This document shows, in pieces, positions 14,701 through 29,595 of a stretch of DNA of 64,000 bases. The stretch comes from Fimbriosthenelais zetlandica. Its lineage: Eukaryota. Numbering within the stretch: position 1 is the stretch's first letter; each line of letters opens with the position of its first letter. The notes beneath the pieces are model-generated. The model was not told where the DNA came from, did no database searches, and worked only from the letters and a program-made list of their open reading frames with translations. The stretch is taken from assembly GCA_977030845.1 (NCBI GenBank), contig OZ365114.1:22630001-22694000 (forward strand), given 5' to 3'. The translations under genes were made by a program, and so were the position numbers.

Positions 14701-16299
14701 TGATTTGTCCCAGCTTCAGCGAGCAGGGTTTGGAAATTGTGACCTGACGATAGTGACTATTAAAGAATCCTGAAAGATTGAAGACTTGAGAATGAAACAC
14801 AGTTTGTGCTGCTTTGTGCCCCCAGTTAATTCCTATGGCAATTTACCGATGGATAATTCTTGACGATTCTTGGAAGTCCTGGGAGCAATTAAACATTCTC
14901 TTTTGCTCAGCAGGACGTCGCTTAATTTGATCTGAGACTAATTTTCATGCGATTTCTGTGAAATAATTATTCAGATCTAACTCTAATAGCATTAAGTTTG
15001 ATCAGTTGCCCGCTGAAAAGGATTGACAAACGGCAAAGCTGATGCGCTACCAGCCACAATATGAGGCCTGCTTGACTGGATGTATTTACGACATCTACAA
15101 GGACACAGACAGTAATTTATGGGCTTCAATATAGTCGTAAACCCATAATATTTAAAACTTATTACTGTATAACTCATAAATCACACCACAGCTCCCTATA
15201 TACCAGACGGTTTTATGAGGTTCAATATGGCGTTGATAAACTCATGAATTCAGCATCAATGATGCTTCCATTAAGCTCAGGATGAAGTCACTTCACATGA
15301 CGTCCCATACATTACTGTATGACTCCATGTGCATATAGCAGTCAATATATTGACCTTGACATTAGCCTCAGGCAAATATATAATCCTTTATAGGCCGTAT
15401 ATAAGACTTAATATCCGTCATTTGCCCCTCTGAAGAGGCATTATCTTAGCCTGACAGACTCAATATCAGATTTCTGTTGTATTTGTTTTTTTGTGGTTAC
15501 TAATATCCCTCCTGATTAATTAAATCATATTTCGTTGTTATAGTGCTGGGTCTTTGTTGATGTTAAGGCGGGCTCAACATGAGAAGGGTAGATTGATTGG
15601 CTTGGCTCTAGGGTCTAAGGTCACCATTCTACTTCCTGCTCTAGGCTCAGATTCTTCCGTCCATCTCATCCTTCACCTTCCACCGAATCAGCAGCCAGCA
15701 TTGATCGACACAGGTCCAGTCTCAGTCAGTTATCGCACGACGATCTGTCGCTGATATTGTCACTGGTAAGGCAAGTGATGTATGGTTGAGCATCAATCTC
15801 TTCACAGTTCAATGCCAGAGTTCCAAAATTCCTCCCGTCTAGGAGTTGGGAGGTGCTGAGGAGAGCCAATACACCTGTCTATCCATCAGCCTCTAAGCAG
15901 GCTCCAACATAGGCTAGTGGGATTACTATTACAAAGCCACCAGCTCTCAGAGTGTCCTTCCATTTATCTCAGATGAATTGACTCGTGAGATTTAGCTTCT
16001 TTTTCCTCTACATTTCCTAAAGGGTAAAACGTTAGCCATGTCGCAGTGAAAAATAGATTAGATGCGCAGAGGAAAGGACAGGACGAAATCTCGAGATAAT
16101 ATATCGCCATTTTAACCAGGAGTTGATTTCCTTACCTATACCTATAAGAGTAACTTCAAACTCTTATCGTCAGTTATAATTATGAAGTCATTATTGTCAA
16201 CATTATCTCACTGCTGTATATCTACGGCAAGTTAGCATCCACCATGCGCCCTGAAGGCCATTTATATATAATGCTTTACCAATCAAACTAAGTAAGAGG

Positions 16300-16385
16300 C
16301 TTTGGCCATTTCCTCCGGCAAACTTTCGGAAGTCGCTGACTTTCAGCCAATGAGGATCGGGAACTATATTCACTTCCGTGCCTCC
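16300..16385. promoter_or_regulatory. Housekeeping-type motif cluster
   Basis: GGCCATTT (YY1-like), CGGAAGT and ACTTCCG (ETS) and AGCCAATG (CCAAT) occur within 85 bp. Motif inference only. Confidence 0.25.
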
Positions 16386-17829
16386 TCGTGTCACATTGAA
16401 AGAATAGACATTGCATGGCGTGACTGAGGACGGAATTCAAATAATAACTCTCCAGGCATGGGTTGGCAGCCGGGTCGACAGCACTCATATCCCTGTCTCT
16501 CTCCATCTACAATAAGATATAGGATATACATGAGGCATGGGCTAATTCCCAGGCTCCTTTTTACCTCTTAGTCCACGTAGGTAAGGCACTCATCTCCCAA
16601 AGATAACTAATGAGATGAATGAGCCATTACTCATAGAAATTATTTTTCTTTGAACTGCTTCTGTGCTTCGAACATATGTACAATTTCCCAGCCAGGAAGG
16701 GACAGGCAGTGATATAGGTAATTTAGTTTACAATAAATCTAAATGGCAAGACAAAGAAATAATAATTAGCGAAAGCCTGTTTCATATGGGAAAGCATGGC
16801 TGTTGTTGGACAGCTTCTTTTAAACAGAAAGAATTATATGGAAATCCGACAATATGTCTCCAGATGACGAGAGTTTACATCTGAGGATCACTTAATTACA
16901 TCATGGTGAATCTTACTGTCAGTATTAATACATAAAATAGACCTTCAAGGTTCCTTAACCTCTATAATTCAAATTTGTCTAACTTCATTCCCTTTATAGC
17001 TAATTATATCTCTTTGAACACCAATTTGCATCAAAATATCAAATTATAATGACAAAATCTGTTGAATATTGCCATGTGCTAGGATCAAGGGGTTCCTATT
17101 ACAAGACTGGCAAATCTTAGTACTTGCCATTTCTACTCGAAATCACATGACAATTATAGGCAACAAATTACTTCTGCCCGTATAAATATTGTGCCGACAT
17201 TGTCGATTTCCCTCCAAATCTGAAGTACAAATTCAGAGCCATACTATGAAGGCAATCAGACCTGTATGAGTTTTAGTCAAGATTATAGAAAATGCTCCTA
17301 CGCAGAAACGGCTTTTTGAGGAGGACATAGTAATGATATGTGTTTCAGCAACTGCTTGGTTCGCTCTATTAAGAGCTCATAGGAATTTGATATGGCCAAT
17401 ATTGAAAGAGACACTTTGTGGAAGTAGACACGACTTGTCAAATTGCTGCTATGGCACGTTAACTGAAGATGCAAACTGTAACTAGAAGCACGTCTTTTAC
17501 TTCTTTTTTTTTGGTTTCAAATAGAAATCACTACTAGTTTAGGAAAAGCTGTTTACAGTACATCTCATGGGGATAGCCATTTCAGTGCAAACACTTCCCA
17601 TAGACTTACCACTGCTAATGGTTGTTTTGAAAGAGGCTCCAGAGATTAAATAATTGCTTGTATGAACAAAACACCCCCGACCCCATAAATGAACTTTTAA
17701 CTTTTCTATAGATCGTAGATTGCAGAAAATAATGGAATAGTCGGTCTTCAAAATTCTTTAAATCCTTTTCCTTGCCAACATTGTCTTCATCTCCGGTCAA
17801 TTTACTTGAGGATCACGTTGGGGGACATC

Positions 17830-17966
17830 AGCGTCCGCCCTCTGGTGTGTAGAATGGTCACGTGGTGGTCAAACCTAGCCTTTTAGTGTCTACAAGAGGA
17901 CAGGAACCGGAAACACTATTTCACCGCGGCCAGACGACTTTCACTCATTAATTATTTTGGTAAGTC
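17830..17966 (+). promoter_or_regulatory. Possible promoter and first non-coding exon
   Basis: CTCF-like CCGCCCTCTGGTG, E-box GTCACGTGG and ETS CCGGAA are clustered and followed by a consensus donor G|GTAAGT at 17960. Motif inference only. Confidence 0.3.
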
Positions 17967-20900
17967 TCGCTCGTTCTCCAACTGGCTGCTGTGAACTTAG
18001 AGTGTAATTTCAACTCATGTAAATTGATTATTGGCTCCTTTTTTCTCACTGGGAGTGGAGTGAAATCTTCTATAGGTCTTATTTACTCAAGTCTACTTAA
18101 GGAATTAAGATACATTTCTGTAAAAACAGGTTTCCTTCAAAAAGTAACTTTCTGGATTCTTCTGCAAAGTTAATTCCCCTTTCTTAAAGAAATCATTCCT
18201 TAATTGATGGGATGAAAAATTAATCTGCAGAGAACTTCTCAACAATTAATCATTTGTTTAAATCAAAGTTACAAGCAAAGAGACCCTGACAACAACTCTT
18301 GTCACTTTATTCCTCAATATGACAACCAGAAATGCCTTTTTGTCTGATCTACAATTCACGAATTTCAAATATCGAAAGAGAGTGGAATTAAGTTATGAAA
18401 AGGCCTTGCCGTGAATTTGAAAGGACTGCTCAGACCCAGCTGAGTGTGAATCAGAATTGGTTTAGAGACCAATAGGCTTTACAGAAGGTCAGATCCCCAT
18501 TAAGCTGTCAAAATCTGTCTTCATTCATCAATGAGTGATCGTGAGCTAAAATACTTTAAGAGCTCCAGTAAAAAAGCCAACGTTAAGACAACTAAAGGGA
18601 TAAGAATCGAGCCATGCTACTCTCATGTATCCATGGACACTTCTCAGCAATCTACTGTGTAGATGGATACCAGCATAGCATCACACAGTCTGGCATTTTT
18701 TTTAGCATTCTCCATACATGAGCAAATCATCTCGTTGATGGATGATACTGAATGTGTCAATGACCTTGATTGATCAGTGACCTGTCCCATGACCTCGATG
18801 GATTCAACAGTTTGTTAAGGATGATTGAGCTGTGCTGGAGATTGAGTCTCTATATAATAGCCGGGTTGCTCCCAGCAGGCAGTGTTGGAGATAGTGTACT
18901 GTGGATGTATATCCGTCCAATGGTGACTGATTACAGAGTAAATGTAAAACGTCAGGTGAGCCGCTCTTCTTGCCAATCACACAATCACAACTTCCGCCTC
19001 ATTGCGCCGGTGTACAGGAGATTAGTTTGACCAGAATAAAAAGAGATGGGAAGCACTGTATAATAGGCATGCTGGGATGTCCAGCTGAGAGAACATGTCC
19101 AGTCCTTCCCTACAAGGTCTACATAGACGGCAGAACCAGGCTACAGCAGAAGGTTTTAAATATGATCTTTATGGACTCACCGGAGAGGTCATTTTAAAGT
19201 TTAAAACACTATCGCATATATACAGTAATTGTACAAATCATTACATCAGATTTTTTTTAAAGCGAATAATTCCGCTGAATAATTCTCAAAGCTAGAGTAG
19301 ACAGGAATGCTGGTTTTATCTCCAGCAGTTTTTGTAATCAGTTAGGTAGAGCAATGTTATCTGCTTTTTGCAAACTTGTTTTCTCTAAATTTTCGGTCTT
19401 CCTCATGGCAAGGGCAATGGGCAGAAGCTGGAGTTGTTATGAGCAGTTGATAATAGATATACTCACCTATGAGCAGATATGAGCAATTCGTGATCTAGTA
19501 GCCAGAAGACAGGGATCGAAGATAAAGATGAATAAAATGGCTTCAAAACTAATAGTGGCAGGGGTCAGAGTTATCATAAGCCGTTCAAAATATATCTAAT
19601 CACATCTGAGCAGATATGAGCTGTTCATACATTTGAACAGGTGAAAGTGTTATCCATTTTGCTAAGTTGTTTTCTCGAAATCTTTGTAGCAGTCACCTCC
19701 TGTTCTTCCAAGGTGCAATAACCTTCATCTTGGCCTTAGCTTTCACGCACGACCGCCTGCACGACCACAGTGAAAGCCTAGCCTAGTCCCCGATCTCTCT
19801 CTCTCTTCTCCTGTTTCTCTCTCTCAGCCTCGCTTATCGTTCCTCCCTTCTCTATACTCCCACCTTCTTTCTTATTCTAATTCAGGTAAATATCGAGGAA
19901 ATCGATAACATTTGTCTAAACGAGTTGACATCCTATTGATCTTAAATATACTTTAATGTTGAACTAAATGTTGATATACCCTGCCAATAACCAGTATTCA
20001 TTGATTTTTTTTCATTTCTCTTCATAAAGATCATGTCATTAGTTGACGTTGAAGAATTCTTTCAATGAATCTGCTTCCCGTTTTTGAAGCTGCGTGTTCA
20101 ATATTCGTGTTTATTCACGACCAAATGTTACCATCCATTCCTGGACGACTCTTGCTTCTGCACGAAAAAAAATATGGATCTTCATCAGGTTAAATTCCAA
20201 TAATATAATCAGGCTTCACACATATTGTCCCGCCAACAGCAGGTGTTCCTTTGAGTCACATGGTTTTTGGTATCGACTAGCCAAACACAATCAAGTTGCA
20301 TGCAATATTAAACTTCACCCATGCATCTCTTTTGACAAGCTGGTGCTAAGCGCAAGAACGAAGAAGGTGCTGTTATTGCAGACGTCGCCATATTGTCTGC
20401 ATTAGCTAAAAGGATCGGCCATTAATGGTTGTTCATAATCCTCCAGAATAGTTTGCATTACTGATTATGAGGGCTGGAGGACTTGAGTCACGAAATCCTT
20501 AGCGCTGCTGAGTGATTGTTTTAGGCTCAATGGGCTTGAATGGACTTTACATCACTAGAGATGGTGAATTTTCTCTAGAATCTCTACAACGTCCAATTCA
20601 TTTAGGCATTAAAGGAGGCAGTAACATTATTTTGTAAAGAATCTCTTTCTCATGTTCAGTTCTGAATTATGTTTGTAACCTCAAGCTCCCGCTAAACAAT
20701 TTATAAATTCCCATGCCCTAACTGGGATCTTGTTGGTCTTAATTTCCTATTGCCTTTCTGCAAAAAGGCAATTAGGCAATTAGGACAGTTACTATCCAGT
20801 TTTAAGCCAGCAGTGTCTAGACTTCAACATAACAGGACATTTACAAACATACTGGGCCTTACAAAACCATTTATCTGTTCCAGACTCTGTGTTATATATA

Positions 20901-23900
20901 CGGTTTATCCAATGTAAACGCCAGACCATGTATACAATTCTACTCACGTCTCTGCTGCTTTAAATGTGTGTTTATTCTTGGCAGTTGAACTTCCACAACC
21001 TGTGTGTAAGTTCAGAAAGTAAAGAAAGCTTGGCCTTCACAATGCCGGCAACAGGACATCTATCGTCCACAGCGGGCTTGATTGACGAATGAGAGCTATG
21101 AATGGGGAGTGTCTTGCTTCAGTTTCTGGTCACGCCACCAGAGGGGCGAGATGCACCCTGTGGAGGAAGAGCAGGAGCTCGTTAATGATCTGAGTCTAGT
21201 CAATTGTTATCAGATCAATGAGACACACCAGCCCACCGGCTATAACAAGTTCTCCTCCCTGCCAATGGCAACTGAGGCAAGGGGCTCTACTATGGTCATG
21301 GGTCACAATAAGAGGCGAGGGTCCATAGTTTAGAGCTGTTTAAAAAGAGGAAAAACATAATTATTAACTTGAGGTCTGTTCTGTTGAAACTGAACCTCTA
21401 AATGCAATATATAATGATAAATGATATATAGAATTTTCTAGGCCTAGCTCCTGAAAACCTGCACTATTGATTATTTGTGTATTCATCTGACTATGTACAA
21501 TGTCAGTATTTGAACAGTCCTAGCAACTCTTACATCAGCTGTCGCTGGGTCCATCTATCTTTATCTCCAGGTGTTTACGCCGTAGCATGAGCCCATGGAT
21601 TATTATGACTCTCTGAGAGATGCATGTCTATATGTTGGTCTCTTTACATTAATTGGACATGTAACTAAGTTAGTGCAGTTTTTGGTCCCTATATATGGTA
21701 TATACAGTCCGATAGGACTGATGAGGAGGAAAGGCCAATCAACAGGAGCTGTCGTAGTCATGAGCAGTTCATAACAACTCTAATAACTTTTGAGCAGATG
21801 TGAGCAGATCATGACCTAAATAGCCAGAAGGCATAAATCCGTGATGAGCAGGTCCTTAGTTTGTGACCTGAAAGCAACATTAGCCTAACATTGACATCTG
21901 TAATCATGCTACTATATACTATTTATAACACAGTCCAATGGTATAAAGGAATGGCAGACGGGGAGGAAAGTGGAGTGGTCATGAGTGGCAGTTCGTAAGT
22001 TCTAATCACTTCTGAGCAGATATATGAGCAGATCATGACCTAATAGCCAGAAGATATTAGAAGATATGAACTATTGATATATAGAGATATTGCTTATATC
22101 GCCCCACATATGCAGGCCAACATAGTTTTGATCTATCTCCTCTAGACTCGAGCAATTCTTAGCCAGGTTCTCCTTTTGGACTCCTTGAGGCAACATGACA
22201 AGGAATAATGTATCAATCTCCTCAAAGAGAAACACTTCATCAGTAACTCCTAATTGGTCTATAAGATCAGACTCCTCCATAATTAAAGCCTGAAGTAATA
22301 ATCAATTTTCAAAGTATACCTAATTACAACTTTTGATAATTATTCGAAGCCAAGGCAAGGTTACACATATATGTCTCCAACATTTTTATCTCCAACCGAT
22401 AACCATTTTTGTCTGCATTCCCCGAATTATGCCTGAGTCGCACTGTGCCGACATTGACACCGATGGGGACAATATAATTTAAAGGATCGTGTAAACATCG
22501 CGCCATACGTGAGGGCATCGTATGACCATCGTACAGCCATCGTACAGCCATCGTATTGTTCAATTTCGGTACAGTGTGTCTGCGGTACTATACAGGAGGT
22601 CTCTGTCTCATTGTGGAGATACACTCGTGACAAGTGCAGACTCATGCTGGTGGAGGTGAGGAGAGCAAACCTATGTACTTGCGGCAGCTCCAGTGGAGTC
22701 AGCATGAGGGACAGACTGGTATAGATACCTTCAGTGATGCCATGCATTAATTAATGTCATTGAAATTTGTTCCAGTAATGAATTAAATCCACAACATATA
22801 TGTTGTGGTATTTATGACATGCTCTGTCAGATATTAATTCATTATCTTTACCATGCTCCGGTTATAAGACACACCAACGTTATTCTTATTTTCTCAGTAC
22901 CTTTAATTCCGCAATTTTCAAAATTTACATTAAAACTCCATTAAGTCTGGTGACGCTATCACACATTATTTAGAAATGTCACCCTCGTTCTTCTTCCACT
23001 TTTATAATTAGAAAATATGGCTTTTGTTACAGGCGCCTCCTGGTTTTATGTTCATTCATTTCAGATCATTTTCTCTTGGCGTAAACCTTTTATTAGTGAC
23101 TGATTCCTCAAAAATGAATTTATGATACTCACTAAAAATCCCTCAGTCCAAAGTCAGGAATCCAATGCGTCATTTATTTGTGTGCGCTTCCTTAATATGT
23201 TGGCTGATGGATAGTCAATATGACACGTATTTCTGATGGGATGTATTCACATATTATGTTATTATCCCCAACCGCCTATTATAGGGCTGAAGTCATGCTT
23301 AATATATGTTCGGTTTTTAAAAATGGAAAAGAATATTTGATAAATTGGTTGGCAAAACACACTGTTAAATGCAGCTTTCACATGTCGAAGGATATAATAG
23401 CGCTCTTTTATAGGTGTTGTTTTGTATTAGCATATTCTGCATGTGGGTGATATAATGTGCTAGAAATTATACATAGAACGACACCTTGTTGCTTAAAAGC
23501 GAGCAAATATATGCACCACTCACAGGAGTTAGGCTTAAAGAGTATCATTTATATACCAAACGAAGATTCATCATCACTCATGGATTTCACTATAGTCTTT
23601 TGCCTCTACCAGGATCAGGCAGGGGGGGGGGGGGACCATTATACTCAAGATAACATTATGTTCTAATCTATTGATTGAAATTTCGCGGTTAACAAGGTTG
23701 GTGTTGTTGCTGCCCTGTTGTTGCTGCCCTTTTGTTGCTGCCCTTTTGTTGTTGTTGTTCTCTCGAGTGCTGCCTTCGAGACAAGAAAGAAAATGGTGTC
23801 GGAAAGAGGCAGAGGATAAGAAGCAGGGGTGGTGAAGGGCTGTCCATACCCACTATATAGATGCATGAGCAACTAGGAGCAGTTGTGAGCATTATAGTCG

Positions 23901-26900
23901 AGATGCTTTTAATATCTCATTTGCTTAACATTAGTCTTTTCTCATTTCTCTCTACAATCTTTATAATGCGCCGGAAAGTATACTAGTTCACAATATTTTT
24001 TTTCCATCTCCTCTTGTTTTCATTTCAGCAAAATAATATTGAGCTGAAGCTTTCTTTTGGATTTCATTTCTTCATAATAGGACAAACATTTTCTCAAACA
24101 ATAATTTAAGTAAAGATGTCATTAAAATTGGAATATTTTCAAGGAAATTTAACCTCGTTTTGCAAGCTGTGAGATCGTGATAAACGGGATAAAACTCCTT
24201 GTATTTACACCTGATTCTCATTAATGACGAATATGAAGAGACATTCGCCTGAGATGAGATATTAAAAGCATCTGCTCAATCCAATAAATATCTCAAAAAT
24301 GAGTTCACATCCCATATCCTGAGCGAGATCATTTTTAATGAAACTTGATCTTTGTGTTTTTCTCCATTCGATCCTTCACGAATATTCATACCATTGACAA
24401 TGATTTATATAGAAGAGATCCAATGATCTTCTTGTTTTCATACTGTCCTTTCTCTCCGATATTGATGCCTTCCGAACATGAAGCCATGATACTGTCATCC
24501 TTGGGATCCCATGGGATCAAAATAATGTTTTAATGAACAATATGTCAAGCCTCATGGCCACCAAATACCTTCACAACCAAATGGCGAAAATAATAGCCTG
24601 CTCAGTGCAAGGCCTGGACAATACCCACACATCCTGGAGCCTGTTTTAAAACAACCATTAGTCTATGGGAAGGAATGTTTTGCATTGAAATGGACATCAG
24701 GAAAAAGACCTCCATGTTTGTTATGTGTTGACTACATGAGGTTGGATCCTATGAGAAGTTTATACCTAACAAGTAGATGTGTACATGTACATATATCCAT
24801 TTTCACTGTAACATACCATGTAATATCATCTAAACTTATTTAATTTACAAATTGATTTCATATCCAGAGGTTTTGGAAATACCTCTTAACCCAAAATACC
24901 AAGGAAGTACGTGTACCCCTGACCAAAGACATTTCTCCAGATTCCAAGGCCCATAAGAAATACTTTCATGTCTTGAAGTCACATAAAAATACCCACACGT
25001 CCACAGAAAATCGAAGTCACATCCATGCATGGTCTTCCTAATGGTGAATGTGGGAGGCAAGTATAAAGCTCTACATTATGGCATTAACAGTTCATGCTGA
25101 CCCAGAAAATATCATTAATCACCCAGTGCATAGTTATGCTAATGCTAACTAAGTTACAGAACTATCTTTGTGCTTTATCATCTGGTGGCATCGGTGTCAA
25201 AAAGATATTAGGGGAGGCCTTTCACAGGCTGATAAGCTTAGTGATGCTGTGAATACGGGGCTGATCAGTCGTAGTGTAACCTCAGTTAACACATTACGCT
25301 CTGCTCATTTTCTTTACATTACGCCCATCATACACTAATAAATTATGGAGATTGAAACACGAAAACCTGTCTCATGTCTTGAAAATCTTTCAGACAATAT
25401 TATGATTATATACCATACAAGATACTCCTTATGGTAAAAGAAAAGTGATAATAATTCAAGTATATGAGTATCGATTTAAGAAATTCGAATATTCGAAATT
25501 AAAACATTAGGGATAAGTGACATATATGGGCAATATAGGCCTATATGGAATCTATTTTTCCTGCTGGCATTGCTTTGGCCCATAGTTTGTCCCACAGATC
25601 AAAATGCTGGTATATATAAGGGATAATAAAGATTTTCTATAAGAAATTCATTAATTTATGGACGGAAAGTGAAGTGAGAAAACATTGAGAGAAAGTGTCT
25701 GCTTGTCAAGTTGCATGGTGTTTGCGGTAAACACACTGCCAGACACTAGCAGTGACAAAATTGATGCTTGGCAAAAGGCTGCTCTACAATTACATTAGGC
25801 AGCATCCTAAACGGGTAACCATGTGTTGTCGAATGTCTGGGGTAACGAGATCTCAACAACTGATTCACGAGTCACACCGTCCACACAGGTTAACACTGCA
25901 TGCGCCAAGACAAATTAGTGCTCAGCCAGTTCAGCACAATGTCCTTTGTCGCTGTGTTTTGCCATTTGCTTCAGCATTATGAGCATATTCATCTGCCTTA
26001 GGCCCCCCTGATGCCTCCTTACACCCTGGAATTGTTCCATCTATATCGGTAAATGAAAAGGGACCACAGCGTTTTTAGGGAATTAGTCTGTCAGCTGCTC
26101 ATTCTGCCTTTGCACTATTTGATGATGTGTAGTCGATGCCAGCTTCAAATCTGCTGAATCATTGCTTCTGTTGTTGCACCCCGAATGACTGACTGACATA
26201 TTTGCTCTAAAGCAAAATGCTGTTCACACTTATTTCGCCCTACGAAGGTGCCCTTTCAATTTAGCCGTATTTCAATATCACCCATGGCGTTCAAATGCTG
26301 AAGTTCGGCATTTAAGTACGGTATTTTATAACCCATGTAACTTCTTACAATCGAATTAATCTTAATGGGGAAGTATTGCCATAACCTAAAAATATAATAG
26401 GAATCAAAACTCTTTTTGTTTCAAATGATCGTGCCTGTAGTGTTAATTGCGCACTCTCATGGTACGTGAATGTGAAGGCCTAGGAATAATCAATCAGAGA
26501 AATATATCACTTGATTAGGTGGCAATCCTCCTATTGCCCCCGCATTACACTGGGATGTCATTAGGGCAGGTCTGCTTCTCACCGCGATCATTTCCTGACA
26601 CTAAAACCCCTTCAGACATCTCTACTTCTGCCATGCTGTCACCATAAATAAAGGTTTAGTTAATGCAGGTAAGACTGACTGCATTCAATATCTAAAGCCA
26701 CTTAATGAAGGACGGTGAACGACAGTTATATTTATAGCCTTCAATCGTTTTGGGCCTGGATGACCTCAGAGTTAAATCCTCATTTTAGCAATGTTCTCTG
26801 GCGTACATGACCTCTGGTTAAACATCCAGTATGAAAACCATTCCTTAAAACAGGTCTTGGGCGTTTTGGAAAAAAACCTAGTGCATGTAAATAACTAAAA

Positions 26901-27996
26901 GAAGTTTTTGAGAAAAGGTGCAAAACTTTGACATTTGCACTCTAAGATTAAGCTCTAATCCCACAATTAGAAGGACTTTGCAATTACTTGTTTTTTTCTA
27001 TGGGATAACATTATTTTTTCGTCAGTATCCGTGGGAACACGACTTACTATAGGTTTTCCATACCAAAATAAAAAATCGGAATACCCATGGCACGTCTCCT
27101 AAACATATTTTGACTTGAATAGGCCTATAAGTCCCAGGGTGGGGATCGATCTAGTTTGATCTGAGATACTGGAAATCGGAATCCCCAGGGAAAATAGAAG
27201 AGGGAAAGGGATGTGTATCCACATATAACATATAACTTGATTTGATTTGAGAAATATTAATAATATCCATTCATATCCGACGTGAAATATTTTGATAAGA
27301 CTTTCCACCCACTCTATATAGAGTTTCAAGTTATTGGAATTCAAGTACTCCCTAAATTAATCTTCTTATTATTATGATATGGGAGAGATTAGTGTTCAAT
27401 ATCAAATCTGCTAACTGTGCTCCCTTGCAATATACTGACATATTATATTATAGTTGAACAGTGAGATTCAAATAAGTCATTTTTTCAATTATGAGGAGGT
27501 GATCAACATCTTATCTCAAAATCAAAAGAAGTTTTGCAGTTTTTGATGCCTATATCGCTCATGCTTAACTGAGCTGGATCATCTTTTTCCCACGTACAAT
27601 TTTTGAACAAAGATCTCTTTTCGTTGTAAAAAATGTAATCTGCAGTAATAATCTTTTCTATCATATATATGGCGAGGAAAGTCTAGAGCATCATCTCATT
27701 CCATGCACGCAGACAGCTTGAATTCCTTCCCATGAAATTTCTAAGCTTCTACCTCCCAAAAGATCGTCCTGAATCAAAAAGGAAATATGTTTTTTTTACC
27801 TGTTAATTGATAGGACAATTGTGCACTGAACTGAAATGTATCGACCTCTGCATGCCAAACATAAATACAACCATAACTTTGCTCTTTACTTCCCACATTT
27901 CACTGACAAGATTAAGTTTTGTCTTCCTTCTCTTACTTCTTCCATCCCTTTGTTTGTAAGATTCCATTGCCCTGATTCTGGACGACGTATAAATCT

Positions 27997-28166
27997 AGAG
28001 AGAGAGAGAGAGGGAGACAGAGGAGAGAGGGAGAGACAGAGGGAGAGAGGGGGAAACAGAGGGAGAGGGGTAGACAGAGGGAGAGGGGGAGAGTGTGAGA
28101 GAGGGAGAGAGACAGAGAGAGACAGACAGAGACAGAGAGAGGCAGAGACAGAGAGACAGACAGAGA
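27997..28166. repeat. GA/GACA-rich compound microsatellite
   Basis: Direct reading; explains the spurious ORFs 27836-28288 and 27933-28190. Confidence 0.9.
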
Positions 28167-28476
28167 TTTTCCTCTTTCAGCGGAAGTCAAAAGCTATATG
28201 GAAATCCAGTCGTCGATATCAAAATGAATATTCAGTTGAGCCGTATTCAATTGATAGGATAATACATGATATTATCATTAAGAAATAATTGTTACATTGA
28301 TTCAACACATTAAAAACGACAATTTTTTGTTATTTTGGGCTTATTGAAGAATATTGAGAATTAATTAACCACTGACTGGGGGACTTGTCAAAGTCAACAT
28401 CATTAAAAGTCAGGTTAACATTAGCCCTGAGATAAAGGAAGCTAAAGGTAAGGAGGCTTTGAATGTAATTATAGAG

Positions 28477-28493
28477 TGCTGCCATCTAGTGCC
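28477..28493 (-). promoter_or_regulatory. CTCF-like motif
   Basis: The minus strand reads GGCACTAGATGGCAGCA, close to the CTCF core consensus; it lies ~1.4 kb from the tRNA-like mosaic. Confidence 0.3.
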
Positions 28494-28729
28494 AACGTGG
28501 AACAGTTCACATGTAATATTAGGTCCGGGCTTCTCTTCTCTGGTCGTATTGTATGAGCATGACCAACCTCAGTATATAGTTCTATATGTTTACATAAACC
28601 CATGACAAAACCTACTAGTTAGCCTATAGTAGACGTATCATTCCCTACTAATAGGCCTACAGTAGATATTACAGAGCAGAGCCCAAAAAGTCGGTCTCCA
28701 CTCATGGGCCTGGATGCTTTTGGGTGGAC

Positions 28730-28930
28730 TTTTAGGGCTCTGCGACACCGATGGGACTTGGACGGGAGAGACACGTTTTGGGCTCTGCTCGACCGACTTC
28801 ACTCGAGTGGAGTTGGTGAAGCAGGCCCCAGTCACTCAGTCTCCCACCATGGGCCTGTAAGGGAGACCGTTTTGGGGGGCACTGGTCCACCGCCTTCCCC
28901 CGAGTCAAGTCGGTGTAGCAGAGCCCAAAA
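28730..28930. mobile_element. Degenerate MITE-like element
   Basis: Imperfect ~35-bp inverted ends (TTTT(A)GGGCTCTGC..CACCGA). The motif GCAGAGCCCAAAA or a near copy occurs four times between 28676 and 28930 in both orientations. Confidence 0.4.
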
Positions 28931-29522
28931 ATCTAATTTATGGGTTTAAAAACTACATCCTACCATTTTTAACATATTTTTTTATTTTATAAAGTTGTTA
29001 ATATGTGCAGATGTTCGGTGCTATTTTTTCTCTTTTTCAGTTGTTATAAGTTTTATTTGAAAAACAGAATCGCCAGATGTATATTGATTTTGCACAAAGT
29101 ATGTTGGTTCTCAGTATTCATTGTGAAATGAGAGTGTATATTTGTTGCCTGTTGTTTAGAATAATCTATTTTCAGCATCAATATTAAAGTTAGTGTAAAC
29201 ATGTGATATATTAATATGCTATTAATGTCGAAAGCACTTTTTTTATTTTAAATTTGAAAAGAATCACTTGATAGTTTTAAATTTCTTCATAAGAAAATAT
29301 ATGTAAAGAATAAACTGTTTAATATTCCGGCTGACTTTTGGTATTATTTTAAGTTCAACTATAAAATCCATCAGATTATTTCCCTAGCAAATGACTAGGT
29401 TAATCAATAATTTAATTAATTAATTAATATTAACCCACACTTTCATCATGGTATTGTTTATTTCTAGGTCCACCGGAAGTGATAAAGCATCAGAGTAACT
29501 TTTAGACCATACATCTCCAATC

Positions 29523-29595
29523 TTCTTCGTGGTCCAGTGGTTAACGCCCTGGTAAATGATGTGAGAGTTCACGGTTTCGTACCCTGATCAGGGAA
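29523..29595 (+). pseudogene. Degenerate tRNA-Glu-like sequence or SINE head
   Basis: GTGGTCCAGTGGTTA ... GGTTTCGTACCCTGATCAGGGAA resembles both ends of tRNA-Glu; the middle is diverged; followed by a T run. Confidence 0.5.

Noticed and set aside
19860-19892. Pyrimidine tract plus TTCAG|GTAAAT (recursive splice-site-like)
   Set aside because: No host gene is defined and the donor is non-consensus; it could be chance next to a CT-rich tract.
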